A DNA stretch of 63,631 nt, counting the filler, from Octopus bimaculoides (taxonomy: Eukaryota), in the NCBI RefSeq assembly GCF_001194135.2. It is 6 parts of 5 records of this genome, joined end to end, with 100 filler letters (N's around TTAATTAATTAA, not from the genome) between each part and the next. Parts side by side here need not be neighbours in the genome. Positions count along the whole stretch, not along the records: positions 10,686 to 26,345 come from NC_069007.1; positions 26,446 to 35,399 come from NC_068985.1; positions 35,500 to 56,724 come from NC_068983.1; 3 more parts are not named here. The stretch is one strand, 5' to 3'. A program made the translations under genes and the position numbers. The notes beneath the pieces were generated by a model, which searched no databases, was not told the origin of the DNA, and was given only the letters and a program-made list of their open reading frames with translations. Below, one piece after another: positions 24,520 through 35,874 of the stretch. How positions within the stretch are numbered: the first letter of the stretch is position 1; each line of letters begins with the position of its first letter.

Positions 24520-25777
24520 GGACTATAGGTAACCAAGTTACAACAGGTATATAGTCCATTTTTTGTTCTATAGTGCATTGTTGTACCTTTCTAAACTTTT
24601 TATTCTTTACANNNNNNNNNNNNNNNNNNNNNNNNNNNNNNNNNNNNNNNNNNNNNNNNNNNNNNNNNNNNNNNNNNNNNNNNNNNNNNNNNNNNNNNNN
24701 NNNNNNNNNNNNNNNNNNNNNNNNNNNNNNNNNNNNNNNNNNNNNNNNNNNNNNNNNNNNNNNNNNNNNNNNNNNNNNNNNNNNNNNNNNNNNNNNNNNN
24801 NNNNNNNNNNNNNNNNNNNNNNNNNNNNNNNNNNNNNNNNNNNNNNNNNNNNNNNNNNNNNNNNNNNNNNNNNNNNNNNNNNNNNNNNNNNNNNNNNNNN
24901 NNNNATTACATTGACTCCAGTAGTTAACTGGTAGTTATTTCATCAGCCCTGAAAGGATGAAAGTCAAAGTTGACCTCAGTGGCATTTGAACCCAGAATGT
25001 AAGGATAGATGACATGCCACTAAGCGTTTTGCCTGACGTGCTAATGATTCCGCCAGCCCATCGCCTTTTCATTAACAATAATTATAATAATCCTTTCTAC
25101 CTAAAGGCACAAGGCCTGATATTTTGGGAGGAGGGGGGACTAGTTGATTACATCAACCCCAGTGTTTCACTGGTACTTAATTTATTGACCCCAAAAGGAT
25201 GAAAGGCAAAGTCAACCTCAGAGGAATTTGAACTCAGAACGTAAAGACAAATACTACTACTATTAATAATAATAATATATGCCTGATTGGCACTCATGTC
25301 AGTGGAACGGTAAAAGCACATCCGAGCATGATCGTTGCTAGGGCCACAGATTGGCTCCCTTGCTGGTGGCACATAAAAAGCACTATTCGAGCGTGATTGT
25401 TGCCAGCGTTGCCTTACCGGCACATGTGCCACTGGCATGAGAAAAACAACATTTGAGCGTGATCGTTGCCAGTGCTGCCGGACTGGCTCCTGTGCAGGTA
25501 GCATGTAAAAAGCACCTTTTGAGTCTGGTCATTGCCAGAACCGCCAGACTATCCCTCGTGCTGGTGGCGCATAAAAGCGCCCATTACACTCTCAGAGTGG
25601 TTGGCGTTAGGAAGGGCATCCAGCTGTAGAAACTTTGCCAGATCAGATTAAGCCTGGTGCAGCCTTTTGGCTCACCAGTCCTCAGTCAAACCATCCAACC
25701 CATGCTAGCATGGAAAGTAGACGTTAAATGGTGAATAATAATAGTAATAATATTAATAATAATCTCTTGTTACTTAC

Positions 25778-26102
25778 CTTATTCTGGGCTGTGACCCATA
25801 AGTGTGTGATTTCTTCAATTTGGTGTAGCGCTGTAGCAAGAACCTCGACTTCAGCTTGCATTTCTCCAAGGATTGAAGAATTCAGCATTGTCTTCAAGAT
25901 AATGGAATCATCCTGGAAGTAAACATGATCCTTTATTTGTTGCTTCATCTTGTTTTTCTTCCACAACATCCATTCATATCCTAGCAACGTATTAGCAGAC
26001 ACTGACTGAGACGAATGGGAGCAGTTGGCGGACAATGCTGTTATGTGATTTGGCATGGTTGACTGGACATGTGGACTGTTTTGGCAAGAGTACTTTTTGG
26101 CA
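25778..26102 (-). CDS. DNHD1: Dynein heavy chain domain-containing protein 1-like, exon A (first exon found; DHC_N2/linker)
   Basis: Encodes ...QDDSIILKTMLNSSILGEMQAEVEVLATALHQIEEITHLWVTAQNK, matching the dynein 'DD..I....M..S....W...Q' pattern. Donor AAG|GTAAGT at 25778, phase 0. Preferred acceptor tttacctccag at 26102; an alternative in-frame acceptor at 25912 is possible. Confidence 0.8.
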
Positions 26103-26692
26103 CTGGAGGTAAATACACTCACACACACACACACATACAGGAAAAAACTTACACAGAAAGATAGGAGGAGAGAAAGTGAGAGACATTATACTTAATTAAC
26201 ATGACTGACATAAACACTTTCACTTCTCCTCAAACACATAATTAGAAATATGCTCACACACATAACCAGAGAGAAAGTGGGGGGGATGAGAGAGAGGAAG
26301 GGAGGAGGTGAGAAAGAGAGGAAGGGAGGAGAATGAGAGAAAGAGNNNNNNNNNNNNNNNNNNNNNNNNNNNNNNNNNNNNNNNNNNNNTTAATTAATTA
26401 ANNNNNNNNNNNNNNNNNNNNNNNNNNNNNNNNNNNNNNNNNNNNAAAATAACCCTGAAATCCGGATACGTTCGTGCTGCTGGCCGAGGTGAGAGGGATA
26501 ACTCCCTTGGCAAACAGGACACAGTCGTGTGTCGATAAGCCAGCTGGAGGAGATGTCCTCCTGGGGCTAAAAGCAACAGTAACATCCACCCCTAGGGGTC
26601 AGCCACACTTAAGTGGCAATATACTACACTTTATATATATATATATATATATATACATACTTTATTTAAAAGCAGCAGAAATATAACAAAAG

Positions 26693-26732
26693 ACTGTTAC
26701 TCTGAGTTTCACGTTTCCGTTCATCGGACAGT
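26693..26732 (-). ncRNA. Hammerhead-like motif with variant core (CCGATGA)
   Basis: ACTGT CCGATGA ACG(gaaa)CGT GAA ACT(cag)AGT A ACAGT. Stems I, II and III all pair with a GUA site; U4 is replaced by C. Confidence 0.6.
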
Positions 26733-27059
26733 TTTGTTAGAAATGGGGAAGGAATAACCGGTATATATATATATACATATACATATATAAAACTTATAAA
26801 TATTGTTACAGGACAATAGTATTATTTTCCAGCGAAAGAAAGCACCGTAAAGGTAGAATGTGAAATAGGAAATAGTGGCACAACAAGCCACCAATGTTTG
26901 CTGTAAATAACAGTCGATAACCGGTTATCGACTGCTATTTCCAGCAAACATTTTTGCCTTGTTGTGCCACTATTGCCTAATTTCAAAATGTAACTACATG
27001 TGGCTTGTTGGCGAATTTTCCCTCTGTCTTTCTTTTCTCTTGAACTTTCCTCAGTCTCC

Positions 27060-27096
27060 TGTTTCTGAAGAAGAGCTTTGCTCGAAACGTAAAACA
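27060..27096 (+). ncRNA. Minimal type-I hammerhead ribozyme
   Basis: TGTTT CTGAAGA A GAGC(ttt)GCTC GAAAC GTA AAACA. 5-bp stem I, 4-bp stem II, GUA cleavage triplet. Confidence 0.8.
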
Positions 27097-27220
27097 CCCT
27101 TTCTTTCCTTCCCTGAGCGTCTTTTAATACTTTGCATGTACCACTTCCTCGCGTTGTTTTTTCTTCTGCTTTTTTTTTCTTCGTGTTGTTTTTTTTGGTG
27201 GGGTGGGGATTAATTATATA

Positions 27221-27775
27221 TCTTTATATATAAAAGTGAAATGGCCGAAAGTTGTATGTTTTGCGTGTCTCATTTAGTAGTTATGCCGGGTTCAATGGCA
27301 ATAGGCGTGCTCGGATTGCAGCGAAAATTTACAGGGACATGTAAAATGAGGCGAAGAAGGGACTGGACTAGTTTAGAAATCTCCATCTCAAAAGCTGTGG
27401 TTATTAGTGCAACAAAACTCAGACTTTGACAAGTGTTTGTTGTTTCTCTCTTTCGGATATCACCCTGTCTTCCTCGATCTCTCTCTTTGCTCCCTTCACT
27501 CTACTTTCTCTCTATAACGACGTTTGACAGCTTCCACTCTGTTTTCCTCTCCGCTTTCGCCGTCTCTCTGTCACTCGTTCTCCCACCGCCTCTCTCTCTT
27601 TGTAAGTCTGTCTGTATCTATAGAGAGAAAGCGTTGACAGCAGCAAAAGTTTAAATATTCTCGCCATAGGTCTTTTAGAACGGTGAATTATTATCACCCA
27701 CTACCACCGCACAATCATGATAACAGATATTATTAATCAGATATTTATTGTGTTAATTTATATATGTATGTATGC

Positions 27776-27831
<56 letters not shown>

Positions 27832-29359
27832 GTGTGTATATATACAAAGTGTATATATCTATATTTATATATATGTGTGTATATATATAGTGTATACATA
27901 TGTATATATAATGCGTATATATGTACATGTATATATATTTAATGCATATGTACATATATAATGTGTGCATATAGTGTGTGCATATGTGGTCGAATTGAGC
28001 TGAAAATATTGCACACCTATGTTAAAAGTGCTGGCGAGTTTGCATGGAAACTGAGTTTGCTCAATTGAAAAGCGTGGCCTCGAGGGCAAAATTCCTCATC
28101 TTTTAAAATGTGGCCCGCATAGACCCGAATGAATTCGGGTTATAATATCAAAACAAGTAAAACAATAATAAACTATTTTAATCCCGAGCAACGCCAGGTA
28201 TCTCTGCTATTCTAATATATATTTGTGAAAAGGGCGGACGTTGTCTTACATGCAGTTGTGCAGACAAAAGTGTTAGTAAATGTGGTCGGATTGAGCTGAA
28301 AATTTGCAGACCTATTGAATTCCTCAACAGCCAACTACCTCCCTGTCTTCGACCTCATGACCTTTGACTGAAGGTTGGTGTTGCAATTATGTTGCTGAGA
28401 AACGTGGAACCACCAGAACTATGCAACGGTGCGCGTCTGATCATCAAAAAAATTGGGACCTTAATTCTGACGACAACCATTCTGAGCGGATCGTCTGCTG
28501 GCGTGACAAAGTTATTAACCCCCAGGAGCCTTAGTCCCTCTGCCGTGCCATCTGAATTTACGCGACGGCAGTTTCCCGTAAAAGTATACTTTGCAATGAG
28601 CATCAAGAAGGCACAGGGATAGTCGTTACAAGTAGTTGGCCTAAATCTGACACTACAGATCAACTATACGTCGAATGCTCCCGTGTCAGCAGTCCACACA
28701 GTCTCTTCATTTGTGGCAATCCGGGCAACACCAGGAACGTTATCTACAAAGAAGCCCTGCAATAACACTTTTGGACCTACCACCATTACACTCCCGTCGC
28801 TGGAGTCATTGAAACTTTCTCGATTTTTTATCCCAACTGCATCTACCTTCTTCGTGTCGCTGGAGTCATTGTCGGTTTATCAATTTTTTAGCCCAACTGC
28901 ATCCACCTTCACGTCGCTGGCCACCTTTGCATCTTGGCCACTTCTATCAGTCAAACGCCCGACCCATGGGTTCACGTCACGACACTGATTCCGCAAAATT
29001 AGATTGGGTGTGACTACATATTATATCTAAAACATTGTAAGTGCAGTCGTATTATACTATTTCAGTTTTGTGCAGAGACCTGATTGGTGGTTTTTTTTCC
29101 AGCGTTTTCCCGTCATTCTTTGCCCTTCACATCTGCATCCGCGAGGTTTTTCCAATCGCTTCTCAAAGACTGTTTAAAAATTTGGCATGCTTCTTTTCAT
29201 TACCAATTCTTAATGAAAATTTCGTTTTTTTTTTAATTCCTCGTCTTTAAAATGTGGTCCGAGTAGACCCGAATGAAATCGGGTTATAATACCAAAACAA
29301 GTAAACCGATAAAAAACTATGCTATTTTAATCCCGAGCAAGGCCGGGTTTCTCTGCTAG
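27221..29359 (+). mobile_element. Composite Helitron (two units head-to-tail)
   Basis: 5' A|TC start at 27221 (TCTTTATATATAAAA). 3' hairpin CCCG..CGGG plus CTAG|T at 29332-29360. An internal duplicate 3' end ends at 28210. Confidence 0.8.
28316..28765 (+). pseudogene. Helitron RepHel Pif1-helicase C-terminal remnant
   Basis: LKVGVAIMLLRNVEPPELCNGARL...RRQFPVKVYFAMSIKKAQG*SLQVVGLNL...QLYVECSRV...RNVIYKEALQ*; Pif1 motifs with stops and a frameshift. Confidence 0.9.
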
Positions 29360-29846
29360 TNNNNNNNNNNNNNNNNNNNNNNNNNNNNNNNNNNNNNNNN
29401 NNNNNNNNNNNNNNNNNNNNNNNNNNNNNNNNNNNNNNNNNNNNNNNNNNNNNNNNNNNNNNNNNNNNNNNNNNNNNNNNNNNNNNNNNNNNNNNNNNNN
29501 NNNNNNNNNNNNNNNNNNNNNNNNNNNNNNNNNNNNNNNNNNNNNNNNNNNNNNNNNNNNNNNNNNNNNNNNNNNNNNNNNNNNNNNNNNNNNNNNNNNN
29601 NNNNNNNNNNNNNNNNNNNNNNNNNNNNNNNNNNNNNNNNNNNNNNNNNNNNNNNNNNNNNNNNNNNNNNNNNNNNNNNNNNNNNNNNNNNNNNNNNNNN
29701 NNNNNNNNNNNNNNNNNNNNNNNNNNNNNNNNNNNNNNNNNNNNNNNNNNNNNNNNNNNNNNNNNNNNNNNNNNNNNNNNNNNNNNNNNNNNNNNNNNNN
29801 NNNNNNNNNNNNNNNNNNNNNNNNNNNATATATATATATATATAGA

Positions 29847-30713
29847 CAGTGTGCGATGGGTAAATAGTCACTATTTTGTATTTTTTAATTGCGTAAGCGC
29901 ATTGTTTGTTTTTGTCGACTACACAGTATGGTAGGGTCAGTTGGGCAACGTCTGTGAGAAAAACAGCACCTCGATGCAGTTCACTCTGCCAGAAATTTGA
30001 AAATGACATGCTGTACTGCTTGGCATTCGCGCCGGAGGCTCTAAAACGAACAGGTGGTGAACATATAGAACAACCGTTGTCTTGCCGTGTCCCCAATACA
30101 TGTTTGGTATATGTACATGTATTAAACATCCAGTCGACATCATGGTGTTTGAAGTGATCACATGCAATGGCGACGTTATCCCTCCAATCATCTTCCCACA
30201 CAGCCTTAGACTCAACACGGAGGCCTATATAAGTGCCTGGAGGACGTAGTGCTGTCCTGTGTCCAGATGGTGGCTGCTGAAAGATCCTATGTCTGGCAAC
30301 AGGACTCTGCCCCATGCCACACAAGCAGGAGAACCCAGTCATGGTTGTCAAACAATTTCTGCAACCACATGATCCCTAAGATCTGGCCACTCCCCAGATT
30401 GCAACCCCCTTGATTACTATGTGTGGGCGCAGTTGAATGAGAGACTAACAAAACACCAAAGATGAACTAAAGACAAGAATTATTGCAGCATTCACCATCT
30501 TAAACAAGGAGACTGTCCAGAAAAGCTGCAGAAGACTCCGAAGTTGCCTGGAGGCCGTGGTTGAAGCCAATGGCGATTTTATTGAATAAATTTACTCTTT
30601 AGTTATTTCAAGATATTTTTGTGTAATTTTGGTAAATATATCTTTTAAAATGAGATGTCAGTATTAGTTTCATTTATGCGTAATTTAACTGACAATTTAT
30701 TCACGGCACCCTG
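29847..30713 (+). mobile_element. Internally deleted Tc1/mariner-superfamily element
   Basis: Imperfect TIRs (CAGTGTGCGATGGGTAAATAGTCA versus CAGGGTGCCGTGAATAAATTGTCA). Transposase remnant ...YVWQQDSAPCHTSRRTQSWL...DCNPLDYYVW...LEAVVEANGDFIE* with frameshifts. Confidence 0.85.
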
Positions 30714-30998
30714 TAAATAAATATGTATATATATAATTTTTTAAATATTATTTATATAGATAGGGTGATAAATTGAATATTAATTCAATTTAAAACCAAG
30801 TGGCCTGGCATATAAAAAAAATCTGAAAATTCAGAAAAAAAATGTACTACACGTGTATAAGGGATGACCACTAGGTGGACATCCAATATGCTAGAAAGAG
30901 TTCATCAACGACCAAACCACAAAGAAAAAATAATGTTCCTCAGAAAAATTTCGCAAAAACACCAGAATAAAATAAAAAATATACAGAATAAAGAATTA

Positions 30999-31068
30999 TC
31001 TATGGACTGCAGTTTCGAACATTAACGTTTTACTTTCGTAACAACATCCGTGTTCTCATCAGCATAGA
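30999..31068 (-). ncRNA. Type-I hammerhead ribozyme with extended stem II and GUC site
   Basis: TCTATG CTGATGA GAACA...TTAC(gaaa)GTAA...TGTTC GAAAC(tgca)GTC CATAGA. 6-bp stem I, fully canonical core, palindromic ACTGCAGT helix III. Confidence 0.88.
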
Positions 31069-31522
31069 CGTTCTAGAATCAATATAATTTGCAGAACTAT
31101 ACACGAATTGTCTTGTAAGTCTTATTTCATGAAGGCCTTGATATGTGCTGTGCATGCGCATTTAGTTTTAACGTTCTTGCTCACTTCTGCTGTTTACAGC
31201 AGTGATTGGAACGAAGGTGTGTAGCGTGTTGTCGTCGCATTGACTATGACAGAGAAAGTCTTTTTGGTCAGCTGAAAGCAGTTTTGGCGCAAACTTAGTA
31301 GACACGCATCTCATACCTAATGAAAATATTGTAGGTGAATATGTTAATTAATAAATTAATTTGTATCCATTCGATCTCTCTGCTTATAATAATATTTGAT
31401 ATTTTGCGTAATTTTATATAATATATTAATTGAAGAAATATTTCTTCAACATACAATATATTAAACCAGTGTACTTTGGATGAAAATATCCCTATAAGAG
31501 GTCTAAATATCCTGATTGTGAC

Positions 31523-31570
<48 letters not shown>

Positions 31571-33815
31571 ATTGTATATATGTATATATATATGTATATA
31601 TATGTATATATGTATATATATATATANNNNNNNNNNNNNNNNNNNNNNNNNNNNNNNNNNNNNNNNNNNNNNNNNNNNNNNNNNNNNNNNNNNNNNNNNN
31701 NNNNNNNNNNNNNNNNNNNNNNNNNNNNNNNNNNNNNNNNNNNNNNNNNNNNNNNNNNNNNNNNNNNNNNNNNNNNNNNNNNNNNNNNNNNNNNNNNNNN
31801 NNNNNNNNNNNNNNNNNNNNNNNNNNNNNNNNNNNNNNNNNNNNNNNNNNNNNNNNNNNNNNNNNNNNNNNNNNNNNNNNNNNNNNNNNNNNNNNNNNNN
31901 NNNNNNNNNNNNNNNNNNNNNNNNNNNNNNNNNNNNNNNNNNNNNNNNNNNNNNNNNNNNNNNNNNNNNNNNNNNNNNNNNNNNNNNNNNNNNNNNNNNN
32001 NNNNNNNNNNNNNNNNNNNNNNNNNNNNNNNNNNNNNNNNNNNNNNNNNNNNNNNNNNNNNNNNNNNNNNNNNNNNNNNNNNNNNNNNNNNNNNNNNNNN
32101 NNNNNNNNNNNNNNNNNNNNNNNNNNNNNNNNNNNNNNNNNNNNNNNNNNNNNNNNNNNNNNNNNNNNNNNNNNNNNNNNNNNNNNNNNNNNNNNNNNNN
32201 NNNNNNNNNNNNNNNNNNNNNNNNNNNNNNNNNNNNNNNNNNNNNNNNNNNNNNNNNNNNNNNNNNNNNNNNNNNNNNNNNNNNNNNNNNNNNNNNNNNN
32301 NNNNNNNNNNNNNNNNNNNNNNNNNNNNNNNNNNNNNNNNNNNNNNNNNNNNNNNNNNNNNNNNNNNNNNNNNNNNNNNNNNNNNNNNNNNNNNNNNNNN
32401 NNNNNNNNNNNNNNNNNNNNNNNNNNNNNNNNNNNNNNNNNNNNNNNNNNNNNNNNATATATACATATATATATATGTGTGTGTGTGTGTGTATACATAC
32501 ATACATACATAAATATATATATATTTGTTAATGTTGCGTCTATGTATCAAGTGGGATATATATAGATATATATAGATATGTGTGCTTATATTTGTATGCA
32601 CATACAGTACAAACATATATCTGAGTGTGTCTATATGTGTAAGCATGTTGTATGTAGTTATCAAGTTGGTCGCCTATAAATAAAGTTATATTTTTTTAAT
32701 GTTCCTATGCGGTTGAAGTTATTCGACAATTCACAACTCGACAATGCAGACTGTGTCTCTACAAAGCCGCAGAAATATTTATTATGTATCCAGTTACGCA
32801 TCTTATTTGTTTTAAGTGCTGTTGCTTTGCCAGTCACTCTAGCTGCACTTTCTGAACAAATCTTGCTCCAGCGTTTAAGACAGATATATTAATGACAACG
32901 GTTCGATCCCAGCTGAATTATCACCGTTCCTAATATTTTTGGTTTTTTATTTCATATTTCTAATTCTGTATATCGCTCTCTGAATTCTTTCGAGATATAT
33001 AAAGTCGAAAGACAGTGAAAATTTGGTACCGATATAATTTGAGTGGTAAGAAATTTGCTTTCCAACCTCATGGTTCCGGGTTCAGTCTCACTACGTGGCA
33101 CCCCGTCCTCTACTATAGCTTCAATCCAACCAAACCCTTGTGCGTAGAAGACACTTGCTCAAGGTGCTACGCAGTGGGACTGAACCTAGAACCATGTGGT
33201 TGGTAAGCAAGCTACTTACCGCACAGCCACTTTTAAGCCTGTATGTATATAACATTAAAATATTCGCATCAAAATATGCATATATATATGTTTATGTATA
33301 TTATATATATATATATNNNNNNNNNNNNNNNNNNNNNNNNNNNNNNNNNNNNNNNNNNNNNNNNNNNNNNNNNNNNNNNNNNNNNNNNNNNNNNNNNNNN
33401 NNNNNNNNNNNNNNNNNNNNNNNNNNNNNNNNNNNNNNNNNNNNNNNNNNNNNNNNNNNNNNNNNNNNNNNNNNNNNNNNNNNNNNNNNNNNNNNNNNNN
33501 NNNNNNNNNNNNNNNNNNNNNNNNNNNNNNNNNNNNNNNNNNNNNNNNNNNNNNNNNNNNNNNNNNNNNNNNNNNNNNNNNNNNNNNNNNNNNNNNNNNN
33601 NNNNNNNNNNNNNNNNNNNNNNNNNNNNNNNNNNNNNNNNNNNNNNNNNNNNNNNNNNNNNNNNNNNNNNNNNNNNNNNNNNNNNNNNNNNNNNNNNNNN
33701 NNNNNNNNNNNNNNNNNNNNNNNNNNNNNNNNNNNNNNNNNNNNNNNNNNNNNNNNNNNNNTATATATATATATATATATATACTCCATACAGAGAGTTT
33801 GCCCACCTCCTGCAC

Positions 33816-34097
33816 CTACACCTTAGACCTTTCATGGCCTCTGATGTGGCTTTTTAAACCAGACAATGTTTTGAAAAAACACCCACACGGATTGCACCTC
33901 TGGTTTGTACTACCAATACCTGCAGGAAAGTTCTGCTCATTGTGGATCCTAACATGTATTTTAAGACCCCCATTGGATTTGAAAGCCCTCTGACACACAC
34001 CACATTCAAACGTGTGCACGGACATATAATCAGAATAGCTGGTTGAAGTTTGTTTTCCATGGGTTCGCAGGTGAGATTTGAGGCCAGCCAAAGACAA
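33816..34097 (-). pseudogene. C2H2 zinc-finger array fragment, probably the C-terminus of a LINE ORF
   Basis: ..SLAGLKSHLRTH; CGVCQRAFKSNGGLKIHVRIH; CNPCGCFFKTLSGLKSHIRGH, then stop. No start codon or acceptor; abuts (TA)n. Confidence 0.6.
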
Positions 34098-34117
34098 ATA
34101 TATGGTATATATATATT

Positions 34118-34154
<37 letters not shown>

Positions 34155-35538
34155 TATATTGTATAATGTAAAACCAGATATTGATTTTCTGAATGTATTT
34201 GATAAGCATGTTTCAGATCATTATGTAAGAGAGAATAAAGAATTCATTTCTTAAATAACATTTTCTTCAGTTATGATCTTTCAAAATGAACCTGAGTCGA
34301 AAGATTCTGGCAAAGTGCATATACATATAAATATGTATATATAAAATTTCAAAAATTAATATTAAATATCTCTGATATATATATATATTAAAATAGATAT
34401 GTGAAAAAAAAGAGTAAGAAAAGAAATAGGAATGTAAATAGGAATATGAGGAAGGAGAAACAGAGGTTGTGAAATTATAAGGGGAGAGGAAAGAAAAATA
34501 ACGATAGAATGTAAGGAGAGAGAGAAAATGGAAGAGTGTGTGTCTGTGAGTATAATTGTGTGTGTGTGCGTGTTTAGAAGGAAAGAGAAAATATTTATTT
34601 CTTTATTGCCCACAGAGAGCCAAACATAGAGGGGACAAACAAGGACAGACAAAGGGATTAAGTGGATTATACCGATTACAGTGCGTAACTGGTACTTATT
34701 TAATCGACCTCGAAAGGATGAAAGGCAAAGTCGACCTCGGCGGAATTTGAACTCAGAACGTAACGGCAGGCGAAATACCGCTAAACATTTCAACCGGCAT
34801 GCTAACGATTCTGCCAGCTCACCACCCTCGGAAAGAGAAAATGTTAAGATAGTATTCGACTTGTTTGGGCACGCTTATGTTAAAAAACAATTTTAGAATG
34901 ACTTTTTTCTGTCAAAATGCTAGAAATAACTGACCAACAACAAAAAAAAAAATACCAACCAAGATTCAGCCAAATCAAAATATAAACCCAAATACTAAGC
35001 GAACAAAGATGAACCATCCGACTTCCATTGCGCTGCACACGCTCACACACACACACACACGCATACACGTGCAGACACACAGACACACACATTCACATAC
35101 CCCCTTTTACATACACGCACATATATTCACACAGAGTTGAAACGCTGTTTGATTTATTTTTTTCAGCATACAGTTTTCATCATCCCACTACCAAGTATGA
35201 CATCACCCCCTTCCTTCCTTTTTCCTCTATCACCCCTTAATTTCTCATTCATAAGCACAAGAGTATTATTATAGTAGATTATTTCGGTAACCATGGGAGC
35301 TATGAAAAAATACAAAGCCCAGCAACACCACCGGATCATTCTACACATCTGTGTAATTTTTCGAGCAACTCCACCCAGCCGCTTGAGTGTTAATCCCAAN
35401 NNNNNNNNNNNNNNNNNNNNNNNNNNNNNNNNNNNNNNNNNNNTTAATTAATTAANNNNNNNNNNNNNNNNNNNNNNNNNNNNNNNNNNNNNNNNNNNNA
35501 GGACGAATATCCGTCAAATGTAGATAATGTAAATAATG

Positions 35539-35583
<45 letters not shown>

Positions 35584-35874
35584 GTATATATATATATATA
35601 TGTATATGTATATATATGTGTTTATAAAAAGTGTAGGTGGCATACGAGTGGGTATATATTTATAAAAAAGAAGTTTGAAAACGCCACTATATAAGATAAA
35701 TTTTAATTTTCTCAGAGATATTTTAGGTTTCGGTTCTTGAAAAAATGAGCCTCATCAAAAATATATATTTTTAAAAGTGTAATAAAAGAAAAGTTTATAA
35801 TTATTTCTTACTAGTGTCAGCAGAGTCCACTTGGAAGCATTTTATGTGTGGGAACATAATGGCTGTCTTGTGTA

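Larger units (their letters stand above)
24320..24611. repeat. 138-bp-arm inverted repeat with a 16-nt spacer
   Basis: 24320-24457 is the reverse complement of 24474-24611 with three mismatches; the right arm runs into a gap. Confidence 0.92.

Noticed and set aside
35277-35393. Short + strand open frame (DYFGNHGSYEKIQSPATPPDH...) after a possible acceptor
   Set aside because: No recognisable homology, weak acceptor and adjacent to a gap.
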